A DNA stretch of 64,000 nucleotides from positions 124,001 to 188,000 of the forward strand of contig JAAILG010000025.1 of the NCBI GenBank assembly GCA_012026655.1, read 5' to 3'. Source of the stretch: Hydrolagus affinis (Eukaryota). The translations under genes were made by a program, and so were the position numbers. The notes below the pieces were generated by a model. The model was given only the letters and a program-made list of their open reading frames with translations, was not told the DNA's origin and did no database searches. This document shows, piece after piece, positions 1 to 13,165 of the stretch; positions within the stretch are counted from its first letter, which is position 1, and each line of letters starts with the position of its first letter.

Positions 1-741
1 CGGTGAATGTATTTTGTAGGCGGAAATACTCTTAAATGACCCATAACCAGAAGTATTTGCATTTTGCGCAGGTTAAAACTGCTTACAAAAGATTTTGATG
101 TATTATAATAACTGTAGACATTGAAAGGGAGCTGTTATGAGGAGGCTATTTCAGACCAGATGTCAGTTTGTACACTGAGTTTATTTTCACAGGATTAATA
201 CTGATCTGATTTTGTGGTTAGAAACATGTAATCTTTTCTTCAGTGTTTGTTTGTGTGGTTATTAGTGTTTTGTCTGTTCGGCAAAATTTTCTGACAATGT
301 GTGTTAAAGTTGAGTAATTTTAGGGTTTCATGGGATTAAAATTAGTGCAATCTTCAAGGTCATAAATTCTGTGTTGCTGTGGCAACGGTTCTGATAAGTG
401 TGCTGCATTTTTCTATTGATTTTTAAAAAATAAATTTGAAACAGAAAATTGGGGCTAGATAGTGAAGACAAATGAAAAAATAGATGTCCTATATTTACGA
501 AACACAAATATTATCAAAGATTTTATTAAAGATGCGATTTATTCAATTGCAGACTGCTGTTGGTCATGAAAGGGTTAGATTGGCAATTATAGAAGCCAAA
601 ATAACCCATTATTTTAACAAACAGATACAAAGGAATTCCACCTGGGTCTAGATTTATTCGTATTTATGCAGCATTGTGGAGCGTTAGTGACATATTGCTG
701 AATTGTGTCTAAATTTATTTTCAAAGCAACTGGAATCTGTA

Positions 742-1030
742 TGTCAGCCTGGTTCAGTGGTAGCTGTCTTGCCTCTGAGTCAGGTTGTGGGTTGAAGCCC
801 TGTGTTGGGACTTGGAGTCACATAGTCTCAGATGACATTCCAATGCAATGTTGCATTGTCTGAGGTTCCGTCCTGCAGATGAGACGTTAAACCGAGCTCC
901 CGTCTTGCCTTTTCTGGCTGGTGGCTGTTAAAGGAAGGGAGTTTCTCCCAGAGTGCAGGCCAAATAAGATTGGTCACTCACTCCATCGCTGCTTGTGGGG
1001 ACAATGCTGGGTGTAATTGGCTGGGAGTTG
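742..1030 (+). mobile_element. Old Deu-domain SINE (SacSINE1/AmnSINE-like)
   Basis: tRNA-like head (ggttcagtggtagc...ggttgaagccc), followed by the Deu-core-like strings gatgagacgttaaaccgag, ggagtttctccc and tgtggggacaatgctgggtgtaattggctg. Confidence 0.7.
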
Positions 1031-2047
1031 GTGTCCTGGCATGGGAAAGTCTGAAAAGAATGGAAGAAAAGAAAATCAATTCAGTTTCGGAATCAGGTGA
1101 CAACATAACTGAAGATGCAGTAGGTTTCAGATAACTGGCTCCACCTAGTGCTCTGTGAAATAAATTCAACTAAAACAACTCCCACAGCATTGTGTTAGTT
1201 AACATCTTAAGAGGATAAATAAAAATAAATCTCAAACTCAGTTGCAATTTTTGCTCATCCAATATTAAAGCTTTTCAGTCACCCAGAGGAATACAGTATT
1301 CAGCGTAAAAAGTGCAGGCGTTCATCATTGGATGCATTTATTTTATAACCGATAGCCTGTGAGGCAACTTAGCAACAAAAAAATGGCTTATTATCCAAAA
1401 ATGTACTTGATTTGTTAAACGGAAGAGGATGGTGGCAGTGATTCAATGTGTTGCATCTTGGATTAGTTGGAGATGGATTTGTTCCAGTGGGTTTCTCATT
1501 AAATAGTCTCCGTAAACTCATCCACCTGTGGCGTCAGCGAGCGGCACCAAACGGGGACTGAACACTTTCCCAACAGAAGGTCGTAAAGAGCTGCTGATGA
1601 AAATGACTCAATGCCATCTTTATTGTTTGGCTGAAGAGAAACATTGGTGTGACCGTATAATGGGGTCCTGTCTGCTCACTGAGCCAGCGAGTCATACGAG
1701 AGCTGATCAATTTAGTCTGTTCCAAAAAAAATGTTACGTCATCTATATTTCTGATTCGAGACGCAAGGGTTAAGGTTCATTCGTGTCTTTGTGATTTGAG
1801 TTCGGAGCATGAGGAAAGCTGAGTCGCACAGCTGTGTAGGCTGGATTCACTATTGCTCGGAGTGCTTTGTGAACAAAGCTGATATGAAGAACCATTTCAA
1901 ACAACTGTTAACGTTTTGGCTTTGGAAACAATGGAAACATGTGCAACGCAGAACATTTCCACCCTGACAGAGCACCAGGACTTCAGTGATGCAGTAAGTG
2001 TTTCCAGTGAGAGAAAGAAGAATGGGTCTCACACTGACTGTCTAAAG

Positions 2048-2388
2048 CAGTGGCTTCCAAACTGTGGGACGCACCCCCATACCGTTAGCTGGGGTGGGGT
2101 TGCTATTATTGTTCTTATTACAGGTAAATCCCGCTTAACGTTACGATGTTTGCTAATACGTCATTCGCCAGTGGGTGGAAAGGGTGGGGACGCGACGGAG
2201 CTTGGACCTGGGAGTGATCTAGGCCGGCAGCGAGAGAGGGGGCCTGGTGGGTGGGGTCCATCTGGAATGGGAGCTGGCGGTGGAGCCAAGTGTGAAGGAT
2301 GGGGGGGCGGGGGGGGGGCGCAACAAAAAAAAACTTTGCTGAGTTAGGGGTGTGGGGGGGGGCGCTATTCAAAGTTTGGAAGCCACTG
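2048..2388. mobile_element. Non-autonomous hAT (Charlie-like) DNA transposon
   Basis: Perfect 16-bp TIRs CAGTGGCTTCCAAACT / AGTTTGGAAGCCACTG. 8-bp TSD gtctaaag (2040-2047) / atctaaag (2389-2396), fitting the Charlie NTCTARAN preference. Confidence 0.9.
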
Positions 2389-5300
2389 ATCTAAAGGGAG
2401 AATGTTGACTTCGCAGTAAGTAACAATGAGTTCTGGAGATGGGGGGAAGAGGCTTGTATATTGTGTTTTTTAAAAAAAAATACCCAGCAGGGTATTAAAA
2501 TATATTTAGAATAACTTGGATCAGTTCCATTTCCCCTGCGGTTAATGAGCTATTCCGTTTGAAAGTAGATGTTATTGACTGAGACTCACATCGGTTGGAG
2601 TTGGTTTCCATCTGTGTGTGCGCGTGTGTGTGTGTGTGAGAAAGAGAGTGAATAATAATAATAATCCTTGCATTTGACATAGCGCTTTTCACATCTTCTG
2701 GAATAGATTATTATCAGCAAGCTGGTGTCCTAAAGCCCAGGTCTTGACTCGAAGGAGGAACTCAACTGTCCTCGAGCATCTCCCCATGTATGTTCTTGAA
2801 ACCTGAACTGACTTCAGACCGCTTCTCTTGGTCCATTACACATTTGCATTTGTCAATGAAAACTGGCTTGATGGTAAATACATTTTGTCCAGGGTCCAGG
2901 TTTCACGATCTTGGTTTTATTTTTACGCTATTCAGAAAGCCTCCTGGTGTGTGGATACGGGAGCAAGTTATGCTTTAAGCAGTAATTGCATTTTGTTTGC
3001 ATTTCTGGATTTTTGTACAGTTTAAATATTTCAGCCTCACATCCGATACAGTAAGAAATGAATGCTGCCCCCTGCAGGTTGAAGGCATGGTGCCAGTTAC
3101 CAACAATACATTTGTTATGAACTGCACATCCCTTGTGCAAGGTTTAGTTAAAAATTAGGTAACGGTAGCTGTCGATTAGGCGTTTAACTAGACAGTTTAC
3201 ACAGGATATCAAATGCTGTAGGCAGTAGAGTTCTTGGCATAACCTCTGTACACCAGTTGTTTTCTCACGAGTATTGATGATTAAACTATTAAAAATGACA
3301 TGAGTTAGTAGCTGCACGATTATAAAGCGTTTTGAGTCATTTGCTATAATTTGCTCCGAGTCGAGTGTAAGATGCAATAAACTCTGAATATTGCTATAAA
3401 TAATCAGGTTCATTCTGCCATGCTGTAAAAGTGACAACGTTTATGGGCTTAGATTGAGTGACGGAGAATTTATGATGACTTTTTTTCCCCAAATTAAAGA
3501 GTGGTTGGTGTTCTCTACTGTTTATTTTATTGGTGTAATATGCAGATGAGTAAGGGTTGGACATTGTTTAATGGGTCTATAAATAATGGCTTTTCATTCA
3601 GTTATTCTCAAGGCTTTGCGATGCTATGGGTCAGATATTCTCTGATGGACTGAGCTCATCTAGAAGGTTTAACTGCATTGTGTCACGGATCAGTGCTAAA
3701 AGGCATCCCATCAGGAAGTAATCAAAGATCATACATTTCTCAGTGTAAAGTGAGTGCGACATGAACCAGCATTCTTGTCCAAATCCAGTTTATTTTTTTT
3801 TAAACTTGCCTGATTGAAGGTCTCAGTGAACAAAGTTAATTTTGTTGCTATTGTTTTGTGTGTGTGTGTGTCTGTCTAGCATATTTCAAAAGGAATGGTG
3901 ATACTTATACAGTGACTGAAGACAGATTTATTCTGATTTTGCCCATGTAATATACAGCCGATTCACTTTACAGTGAAGTATATTCGCTTTGAGAGGTCTC
4001 GAAGATATAGTGGTAAGGCACTATATCAAATGCAAGAATTATTATTATTTATCATTTCACCGAAGGTAAATGCCTTTGAGCGGAATAACTTAATTGTGGC
4101 TTTAGCATTCTGATCAGCGGCTAGTTAATGTTTTCAGTACATGAAAGATCCATGCGGTTTTAAGTGAGATATTAAACGTAAGAAAGACATCCTCCTCCTC
4201 CATTTCTACTGATTTCTGGGGCCAGTTCCATTGATTATGTGCAGTCTCTGAGCTGCTGGCAGGGGGTTAGCAACAGGGCTCCTACTGTAAAAAAAACAAC
4301 TTGTTATTTTAACATTAAAGACAACGAGCTGTCGGAGTTGTTTTTCCCAGGGCACAGATACACTTTGAAAACCAGTGGGGGACTGAGCTGTATATAGAAA
4401 TACCAGTGCGCTTGAATATAACCTTACCTCCATGGATAACGATAAAACGGTGACAGTGTGACTTTGTATGGTTTGTTTTCACTCCAAATCCTATCACCGT
4501 TTCAAACGGATCCGTGAAAATACTTGGACATTTCTGCCGCGTTTGGCCCACAAAATATATAGTCGATACACTTCAAGGTGTATGAAGCTGTGAAGCGCTT
4601 TGAGACGTCTCGAAGACGTGATAAGGCGCTATATCAGATATCACAAGGATTATTATTTTGACAAATATTTCCCATTTGTTCCTTTTGCCCCTCTTGTTTT
4701 TCACACACTAATATGCACATTAGATGTGTAGTTTTATTTGATTAGAAGGATTATTGTTACTTACAAGCCAAATATCAACATAGCGCCTGTGTATCTGTCG
4801 TATACAAGATATATAATGCTGTCAGTTGAACACACTTCTACATGATCCTGAAGAAATTGTTCTCTCGCTAATTTTGTCTTGATTGGTGGAAGTGGGGTTG
4901 GGGGTGGAAGGAAGAGGCAGGGAATGATATTGGATTGTGCAAATTGTTCAGCTGCCTGAACAGGACAAACCGCAGTGTGGCTGCTTGATTCAAAAACCAT
5001 GCATTCCATTTAACCACCGCCCCCCCCCCCCACCCCACTCCCACCACCGCCGTCTTTGCTCTTTTCTCTTCAGCTTTCTTATTCACATTTCTCAGATTTG
5101 AATGTGGTACTTCCACCCAGATTTGCTTCACTAACACGGCACAGCTTTAGTGTCACCGAGGTATATTTGGGTGAGTGCCAACTTCATAATTTTATGAGGA
5201 ATACTATATTTGGCAGATTAATGCACTTTGTTAGTGTTTGTGCCAAGTGCTCTTACAAATAATAACTGTATGTGGCATAAAATTGACAAATGAAAATAAT

Positions 5301-8300
5301 TTTTGTTTGACTGAGGTTTGTGAACCTGACTTTGTTCCTTTGCCAACGACAGTTTATCGACCCACTGGGAAGGAAAGCCTCTGTTTTCTCTTTTAATGGC
5401 CTCATATTTCAAACGGATTCATTTGCTGGCTTTGAACACAAGTCAGCCGCCTGATGCAGCCAAAGAAAGGAACGCAACAATTTAAGGCGCAATAACTGTT
5501 TCTTCATTGAGGAAGATAAAACGACCCTTAATGAGAATACCGAGTATACTTGTGGAAACAGAGCAGGATAGAGTTGCTACCAGTGATCCAGTGAACTGTG
5601 TTAATGCACACGTGGGTAGTGTGTTGCAGATGTGACTTGTTGGCATTTTTGTGTGGAGGTTCCACTGTTATCTTGTCTTTACTTCCTTAGACAGTTTAAT
5701 TTGCATGAAGCATCGATTTGAAAGTGTGTGTTGCCTTTGATTTTTTTATCGTCTGTGTGAGTCTCAGAAGTTCACCAGGAGAGAAGCAGTTGATGTACAG
5801 CTTACTCATGTCCTGACAGATGTGCGCTGTGCGTTTTGTTTTTGCACCCCCCTCCCGAAGTTTTGCTTTGTCACCCACAGTCTAAACTGGAAGTCAGCAC
5901 TTAGGCTCAGTTTGTTTGCTGAAGCAGAGCAGCCCAAGTCAGGAAATGTTAACGCCAGCAGGTTGCACGTCAGGAACTAAACTTTCCCAGCTTAAAAGCC
6001 TCTGTAGCAGCATCCAGATGGTCTGAAGTGCCGACTGCGTCGTCGCTTGGCTCGCCCCCTCGCCTACGTCAGAGGAACCATAAGTGTGAAAAGGAGGCCT
6101 GAAACAGGGGAGTGGGTTTCTGACAGGCAAATGCATCATAGAATTAAAGCCACCTTTGTTTGTTTTTACTTTGTAATTTTTTTAAACTTTTTTGGCTTTA
6201 AAATGATGACGGGAGTAGTTTGCAAATGCAACCAAGCGTTTTTCTTCTCCTGCTGGGGGTTTGCTGCCAGCTGCACTTGTTCATCATTATCTTCACTCGG
6301 TGCTGCTTTAAACTAGAAAATGCTAATATTTATCGAACCACATTTCATTTTAATTTTTCGTAAATGTATTATCATAATTACAATGATTGTTGTATTTGAT
6401 ATCGCATCTCATCGCACCTTCGAGACATCTGAAAGCACTTGACAGAATATACCGTCAAGTGAATTGACTGTACATTTAGAGGAATCTCTGTTTAATGTAA
6501 TCTGGCGTCGGGAGGAAAGGTCTGCATTGACGTTTCGTCAGGCAGCGAGTTTCTAATTTTAGGCTCTGCAAAGGTGAAAGAATGGAGAATTGAAGGACAG
6601 GTTAACCAGGCTGTTCTCTCACACCTCCGAGTGGCCAGTTAAAGATGAGCATTGGCTTGTAGTTGGTCCAATTTTAGAAATGTGTATTCCATGAGGAGAT
6701 CTAAAAGAGGAACAGGAACAATTATTTATTTAACCAAGACCACCTCCGTACGTGACTGGCCTCTTCGCTCAATACATGCAACTCTGCCCAAATGAGTGCA
6801 CAGCGGGTAGAGATTCGTGTTTTTGGTATGATATTTTGGAAGAGCTTGTAGCTTTAACGCAGATGTTTGACACACAGGTTGCCTGTTTTGGCCCAAGTAT
6901 ATGTGCTCACTTCACAGTTATTTCAAAAGTTCACCAAACTACTCTCTGCCATTACAGATAGCGTGCCTGATGCAAATCTTTTGTAAGTGGTTATGAAAAA
7001 CAAATAGCAGACCAACTAATTGTCTCCTGTGGAGTTTCACATGAAACATGCAGGAAAGCTCACCCAGCTGTGTTTTCATATGATTGGTCTGATTGAATCA
7101 GCCTCTTTAAACTGAACCTTTATTCCGCATCTACTTCAAAATAACCATCGTAATAATGGGTGTAATGTAGGCACTGTACGTTCTTCAAGGTTGAAATCTT
7201 TAGGATAATTGGAACAAATATTCACGAATTTAATGTCTCATCCATTTGTGTCGCCCTTTATAACATATATATTATATATATAATAGGTTGTGTTTATTTG
7301 GTTTTAATGAGGAAGCATTGGTGGGTGAAGCAGTCAGGGTAAAGCTGAAGTCTATGATGTTGAGAGAAAGGGGACAAAAAGTAAATCAAACCGTTAATCA
7401 CACAGTTTGCAGGTCCTTTCACTTTTATGGATTGAATGTGCACGTGAATGCAGTCCTTGTGCCTCGAGCTTAATCTTGCAATTAATCCAGACGAGTCCTG
7501 ATTGACACCAGTTTTGGTGATACTTTGTCCTGCGCTATCCACTCCTAACTATACTTTTGCAAAGGGTGTGAGTCTTTGCCTCAATGCTAAAACTCCAGTG
7601 GAAAACGCTAATGCTGAAACGAATTTCTCAATTTAGAACAATCAAACAAACTGAAGATAACACTGTGTTTTGCCAGTCTCAGTTGAGTTGCCTCAAATAG
7701 GAAGCGAAAGAGGATAAGATTGCCTTCATGCAACAGTGAAGTAAGTGTGCCTCCTGGCAGTTCAATCCCAGAGCAACACTGATAGCATCTCTGATCCAAG
7801 GAAATGGCATGGATTCAGGAGCTAATTTGGGAGTAGGGTGATTTACGAAAACTCCAAACCTGTGGGTTTGGGGCTCATCCAAAGCTCATCCAAACCTGTG
7901 GTAGATAGTTAAAGTTTATTTGTCTTTTTCCTTCTTCTATCCCTAGACTTGATTTATTCAGCTATATATCCATCTAAACATGTGCAGATAGAAGATTGAT
8001 GTCTGCTTGACAAGGGAGTGCAACTTGTTTGGTAAAACAGTGGTCAAATCGAGGAACATCGCCAAAAAAGTAAATAGTGCATGAAAATGAACATGAAATC
8101 ATTTTATTAATTGGCCGATAAAAGACTGCTTGAAATGACTAAATTGCCTTCATGTCTTCCCCACTGACTCATTCTAATTCCTGATCAATACGTTTTTCCC
8201 TTTCAATGTACAGTAAAAGGTTGAGGAGCTTTTTATTTGTCATGAAATGACATTGATTGATTGACTACCAACAATTAATTGGACTTAAAAACATCAAGTT

Positions 8301-8789
8301 ATGTTCAACAAATGACACAATGCTGTTGCTGGAGGCTGTGCTGAAGGTATTACTGCAACTTGCATGTTTAAACACCTTATCAAGTCAAAGTGCCTTTGCA
8401 GATAATGGATTACTGACTTAATTACTGTTTGCAGGCACCTTGGCAGCTATTAGTATAAACAAAGTCCCACAAACAGCCATGAAGTGAATGCTCAATTGTT
8501 CTGGGGATTGTTGGCCAGAACACCATTCTCTTTAAACAGTGACATCTTTTAACATCCATTAGTACAGACAGGCAGGACATCAGTGTAAAGACTTGTAGCG
8601 AAAATATGCTGAGAGGAAAGAAAAGAGAGAGATAGGGAGAGGAGGAGAATTGAGGGGAGGGAAGACAAAGTTCTGTTGTGAAGCATCCTCTAGCCATCAT
8701 TACCTGGATTAGGACAGTCACTCCACTTCAGATGTTAACTCGTTAAATGAGCTGCTTTGAGAATTTTTGATGCAGTAGTAAAAAAATCT

Positions 8790-9104
8790 AATAAATAATA
8801 ATCCTTGCATTTTGATATAGCGCTTTTTTCATATTATCGACGTCTCAAAGTGCATCACAGAATTTTCTGCAAAGTGAATTGATTGTATATTTGTGGGCAA
8901 AACACGGCAGCCACTTGCGCACAGCAGTGTCCCACAAACAGTCATGGATTCAAATGACCAATTTTATTTTTGTGGTTTATTTTGGAGGGATTATTATTAG
9001 GCGTGTGGAGTAAGGAAACTTGCCCAAGGTTTCGCCCTGACCTGCCTGGATTTGAACACAGGTCTCACGCTTGTAAGGCGAGTGCTCTAACCACTGACCT
9101 ACAC
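8790..9104 (-). mobile_element. tRNA-derived SINE with L2-type tail (family A), full length
   Basis: Reverse complement of the copy at 16065: A and B boxes, Deu-like ctgtgcgcaa.tggctgcc core and (ATT)n tail. Confidence 0.9.
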
Positions 9105-10499
9105 AAGCTGCAAATACTATTTATAAACAGTCATGGATCACCTACAAGCGCAGTAGAGTTTGCGGCAGAACTGGTATGTGGGAAACGCATTAGAAAGTGA
9201 AAGTAGGAGTGCGAGATGGATGTGTTAATCTTTTCTTGATCTGTGTTTTCTCACGCTCTCTGGGCAGTTTGGAAATACTGGGGAATTTGAAACCTACTTT
9301 TGCACTGATAATTCTCACTAAAAATGCTGGGTTTGTTATTAGGCCAGGTCTAAAAAAAAATGATACTGTTTTGCCCTGACACTGGGTATAGCATATGCGT
9401 TTGTGTTCTTGTTAAAACAATGGATTGTTTCTGAACGGACGTCCTGCCTGTTTGCTGGTAACAGCCTTTGTGATATCAATCACTATATGCTTCAGATTCA
9501 TTCATACAATTCAGCCATCTGCTTCCTCTCATTTTCCTTGCAGTTTGAGTCTGTCACCTGACTGGTTGGTGGTGGCAGAGGAATGATATCCCACGAGGAC
9601 ATAATTGTACGCGTGCCTTTTGTTGGGCGGTGAATAACTCCGATGGAATTCACAGAAATGATGAGTAATAATCTTCCGCACAGTTTGCTGTCATCGTTGT
9701 TGAACTGAGTTCACAGCGTTCCTTTCGGCAGAAAGTGACTTAACAACTCAGGGGAGCTCTGCCCGTAGGGTCTCTCAGTTAATCAAGAAAAGAGTTGTCA
9801 ATGCATTCTGCAGTCAGTGTGAACCTTACAATGCACTTTAACAATGGCGTTAAAATATCTCCCTTGCTTGCTGTGCTAAGCTGTATGGAGTATTCTCCGC
9901 AGGAATCATTCATTCAGGTTTAAAGCTCTCCCTAAAAACACAAGGACCCATCGATCAGCTGCCTACGAAAATCATTACGGAGAGGCTGTGACCTCTTCGG
10001 AACGCTGAATGTTGCTGACTGATTTTTGGCCGGGGTGATTATTTGCGTTGAGGTGGACGCACGTGGGGATCAAACCAGAGCCCTTGCTCGATTTCGTTTG
10101 ACATTTGACTTAATTCGGGATGTCAGGAACAAGATTCTTGTGGTCTCCGGTAAAATAAATTGGCTTTGTTCCCTTTTTTAAAAAAAACACTGGCTTACTT
10201 TCTGTAGCCAACTTCAGCATTGTTTGGTATGTGCTGTGCGAACACAGTTCTCTTTTACTGTAATTGAATCTGCGAGGTGGTTTCCTTGATCTGTTTCAAA
10301 GCCAGATCCTCTCAAGAGAAAGGACAGCCCCAATGAACTCAGGACACCCAATCTTAAAAGCCTTTTTGGTTGCTGGTGGGGGAGGGGAATGTTCTGTGCC
10401 TTGACTTCCCTCCCAAAGACCAGCAACCAAATAACTGCTTGTGTGCTTGCTGCTCCTCTCAACATTGCTTTGGTTGGGAAGCAGGCAGAGAGGAGCCTG

Positions 10500-10570
10500 T
10501 GCTTATAAACCTCTGATTGGAAATGACTCTCTGCTCAGGACTCCAGAAACTGAGGCGGGGACGTGATCTT
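10500..10570 (+). promoter_or_regulatory. Candidate core-promoter motifs for the alternative first exon
   Basis: TATAAA at 10504-10509, CTGATTGG (inverted CCAAT) at 10513-10520 and GAGGCGGGG (GC-box-like) at 10552-10560, about 130-190 nt upstream of the ATG at 10691. Motif evidence only. Confidence 0.35.
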
Positions 10571-10690
10571 TATTTACATTCACCGGATACTTCGAATGTG
10601 GTTCAGCCTGGATTTTTAATGGCATTTTCATCGGTGGCTGGGATTCGATGTGGCTCTGCAGCAGGTGCTCTGCGAGCAGGTAGATAGATA

Positions 10691-10741
10691 ATGAGCACAA
10701 TGCTGTGGTGTTGGGAGCAGAATAATACCACAATGAAACTG
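10691..10741 (+). CDS. NAV2: NAV2 alternative first coding exon (MSTMLWCWEQNNTTMKL)
   Basis: In-frame TAG at 10685, then ATG at 10691, 17 codons and a strong CTG|GTAAGT donor. Phase 0 matches the exon at 22778 (IYTDW...). Resembles the mammalian NAV2 alternative N-terminus I recall as MSVMLWRWEQNNTTMKL. Confidence 0.8.
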
Positions 10742-11587
10742 GTAAGTATTTAGTCTCTGAATGTGAGGTGGAGCTGAGATAAAAATGCTACAAACTGTAC
10801 AGTAGAAATATGAATCGAACAGAAAGCCCTCATTTATCATTGTTATTGTTTATTTGTTTTAAGTCCGATAATGTTGCAAGTGAGTAAAATAATTTATTGG
10901 AACACCATCTGCTGTATGCGCTGTGGGATACAAGAATAAAGGTTACCACATTAAACCGACTTTTACCAGGAGCAAATAACATGAAAACTCGTTTATGAAT
11001 TATGAATGCTTTATTCATTGCAAAATTGCTGCTTGCACGCGAAACCTTTATAGACAAGTGTGATAATTCTGTAAAACGGGTCCTTTATGTTTCAGTTTCA
11101 TTGATTGGTTTGTGAAAATTTGGGTTAAAAACTGTGCTTTGAAAAATTGCACTCGTAAAATAGAATTATTTACATTTGGTCTGTTTGGAAAGTACAGAAT
11201 TGCAAGTTAATATCTGTAGTATCCTGGCTGTGCCCTTTAACTGTTGAAATGTGCCCAGGGTATTAGCCCAGTTGTACAATGCTGCACATCAACATTCGCT
11301 GATATCGTAAAGTGAGCGAAACTCCCAACTCCTCAAATTGAAGACCGAAGGAAGTAATAGTGAGTGCCTCCTCTGGTACTTACTGCCTGTAGCGTGATTG
11401 AGCCAAATATACCTTCTGAACATTCATTGCTTATAAACAGCAGACCACCTGTTTGCTGGACCGCTACAAAATGCATTGTATGCAGAGTCTGCTTCTCAAG
11501 TGTATTTCAAGAGAGAGACAGAGGGGCATCGTTCGAAGACCCAGTATAATTTATTTTTAATCGCTTTCTGTATTACACCCTTTAACT

Positions 11588-11887
11588 GCAGTCCTGCAGC
11601 TCAGTGGTTAGATCACTCGCCTTAGTGAGACCTGTGTTTCGAATCCAGGCATATCAGGGCGAAACCTTGAGCAAGTTTCCTTACTCCACATGCTTAACAA
11701 TAATACCTTAAAAAAAACACAATAATAAAATTGGTCATTTCAATCCACGACTGCTGTGCGCAATTGGCTCCCGCGTTTCATTCACAAATATACAGTCGAT
11801 TCACTTTACAGTATATTCTGTGAAGCGTTTTGAGATATCTGGAAGACGTGAAAAGCGCCATATCAAATGCAAAGATATTATTATTAT
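11588..11887 (+). mobile_element. Family A SINE, full length
   Basis: gcagctcagtggttag A box, ttcgaatcc B box and tail tgtgaagcgttttgaga...atcaaatgcaaagatattatt. Confidence 0.9.
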
Positions 11888-11954
11888 AAATTTTGTTCAA
11901 AAATATTCAATGAATGTTTTAAAAGAGAATTAGATCTTTATTTAGGAAGAACAG

Positions 11955-12076
11955 GTCTGTTAGGTTATGGGGAGAGAGCTGGGCAGTAGGATTGAGTTGC
12001 TCTTTTCAAAGAGCCTGCACAGACTAGATGGGCCGAATGGCCTCCCTTTGTGCTGTGAGATTCTGTGATTCTATGA
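11955..12076 (+). mobile_element. CR1-type LINE 3' end
   Basis: gatgggccgaatggcctccc...tgtgctgt followed by a (gattctat)-like terminal microsatellite. Confidence 0.7.
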
Positions 12077-12873
12077 GTGACAAATAGACTCGAGATCCCA
12101 CTAAATTGTCAGTGATTAGACTCCTGTCGCGATAGAGCAGTTAATGATCAGCAGTTTTTATGAAAGCATCACTGATGCCATTCATTCACCCAAACTTCCA
12201 CCCTGATTGACTGATGGATTGTCTTGTGTTTGCGTGCACTTGTTGCTTTGCGGCTGAGAATACGTGTTGCTTTACAAGGGAATTTTCAAACAGATCATGT
12301 CCTAACCCAAACCCTGGAACGGCCTGTTGCTCAAACTATCACAGCGCAAAGTTGTCCACTGGAGACAACAAACAATTCTCTCTTGATCATGCTGCAATGG
12401 TAATATCATTCCAACAATTGGGTTAGTCTTCCTTCTCTACATTCAAAAATAGTGACCATGAAAACATGAGAGATGTTTGCCCTGTGCCAGATGTCTCTTG
12501 TAATTCTGAAAGGTTAACTCAATGACGATTAACAAAAGCCCAGAATTACATCGAAAAGGACTTGGACTAATAAGCAATTTTTCTCAGCAGATTGTGAAGC
12601 CAAACCAAACAGAGGGCAGAATTATTCGAATATAACCTAATCACAGCTTTATTGTCAGGTTACACAGAACAGTTCCTTCATCTGTTTAGAAGTAACAAGA
12701 GTAATAGTAATTGGCCTTAGCCTCAGCTTGAGGTTGCCTAGTTAGATCCTTCTTGCCACTTTTGCTGCAGGAATCCCGTTCTTTTGCACTGTTTATTTAT
12801 TGAGTGAAGTGTCTTTGAGCAGCTGTTGGATAGCAATGTGAGGATCCCAACCATCATTTATATGGTGTAACGG

Positions 12874-13165
12874 TAATGCTTGTACTGTATTTGACCAGCG
12901 CTTTTCACATCTTCTAGACGTCTCAAAGCGCTACGCAAAATGTACTGTGAAGTTAATTGACTATATTCGTGGGGGAAACGCGGCAGCCAATTGTGCACAA
13001 ACAGTCGTGGATTGAAGTGACCAATTTATTATTATTTTTGTCGTGAGGGATTATTATCAGGCGTGTAGAGTAAGGAAACTTGACCAATATTTTGCCCTGC
13101 TGGGAATCGAACACAGGTCTCTCGCTTGCGAGGCAAGTGCTCTAACCACTGAGCTACAGAACTCC
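12874..13165 (-). mobile_element. Family A SINE, full length
   Basis: Reverse complement of the family A sequence, ending in gagctacagaactcc. Confidence 0.9.

Noticed and set aside
1916-2347. 143-aa Gly-rich ORF
   Set aside because: Runs through the G-rich hAT MITE and has no transposase motifs.
7852-7902. Small hairpin plus tandem duplication (ccaaacctgtgg, gctcatccaaa)
   Set aside because: Short slippage or repair scar with no sign of function.
8970-9200. Recurring ORF peptides such as LLLGVWSKETCPRFRPDLPGFEHRS (also at 17344 and 45035)
   Set aside because: Translations of the antisense SINE, not a protein family.
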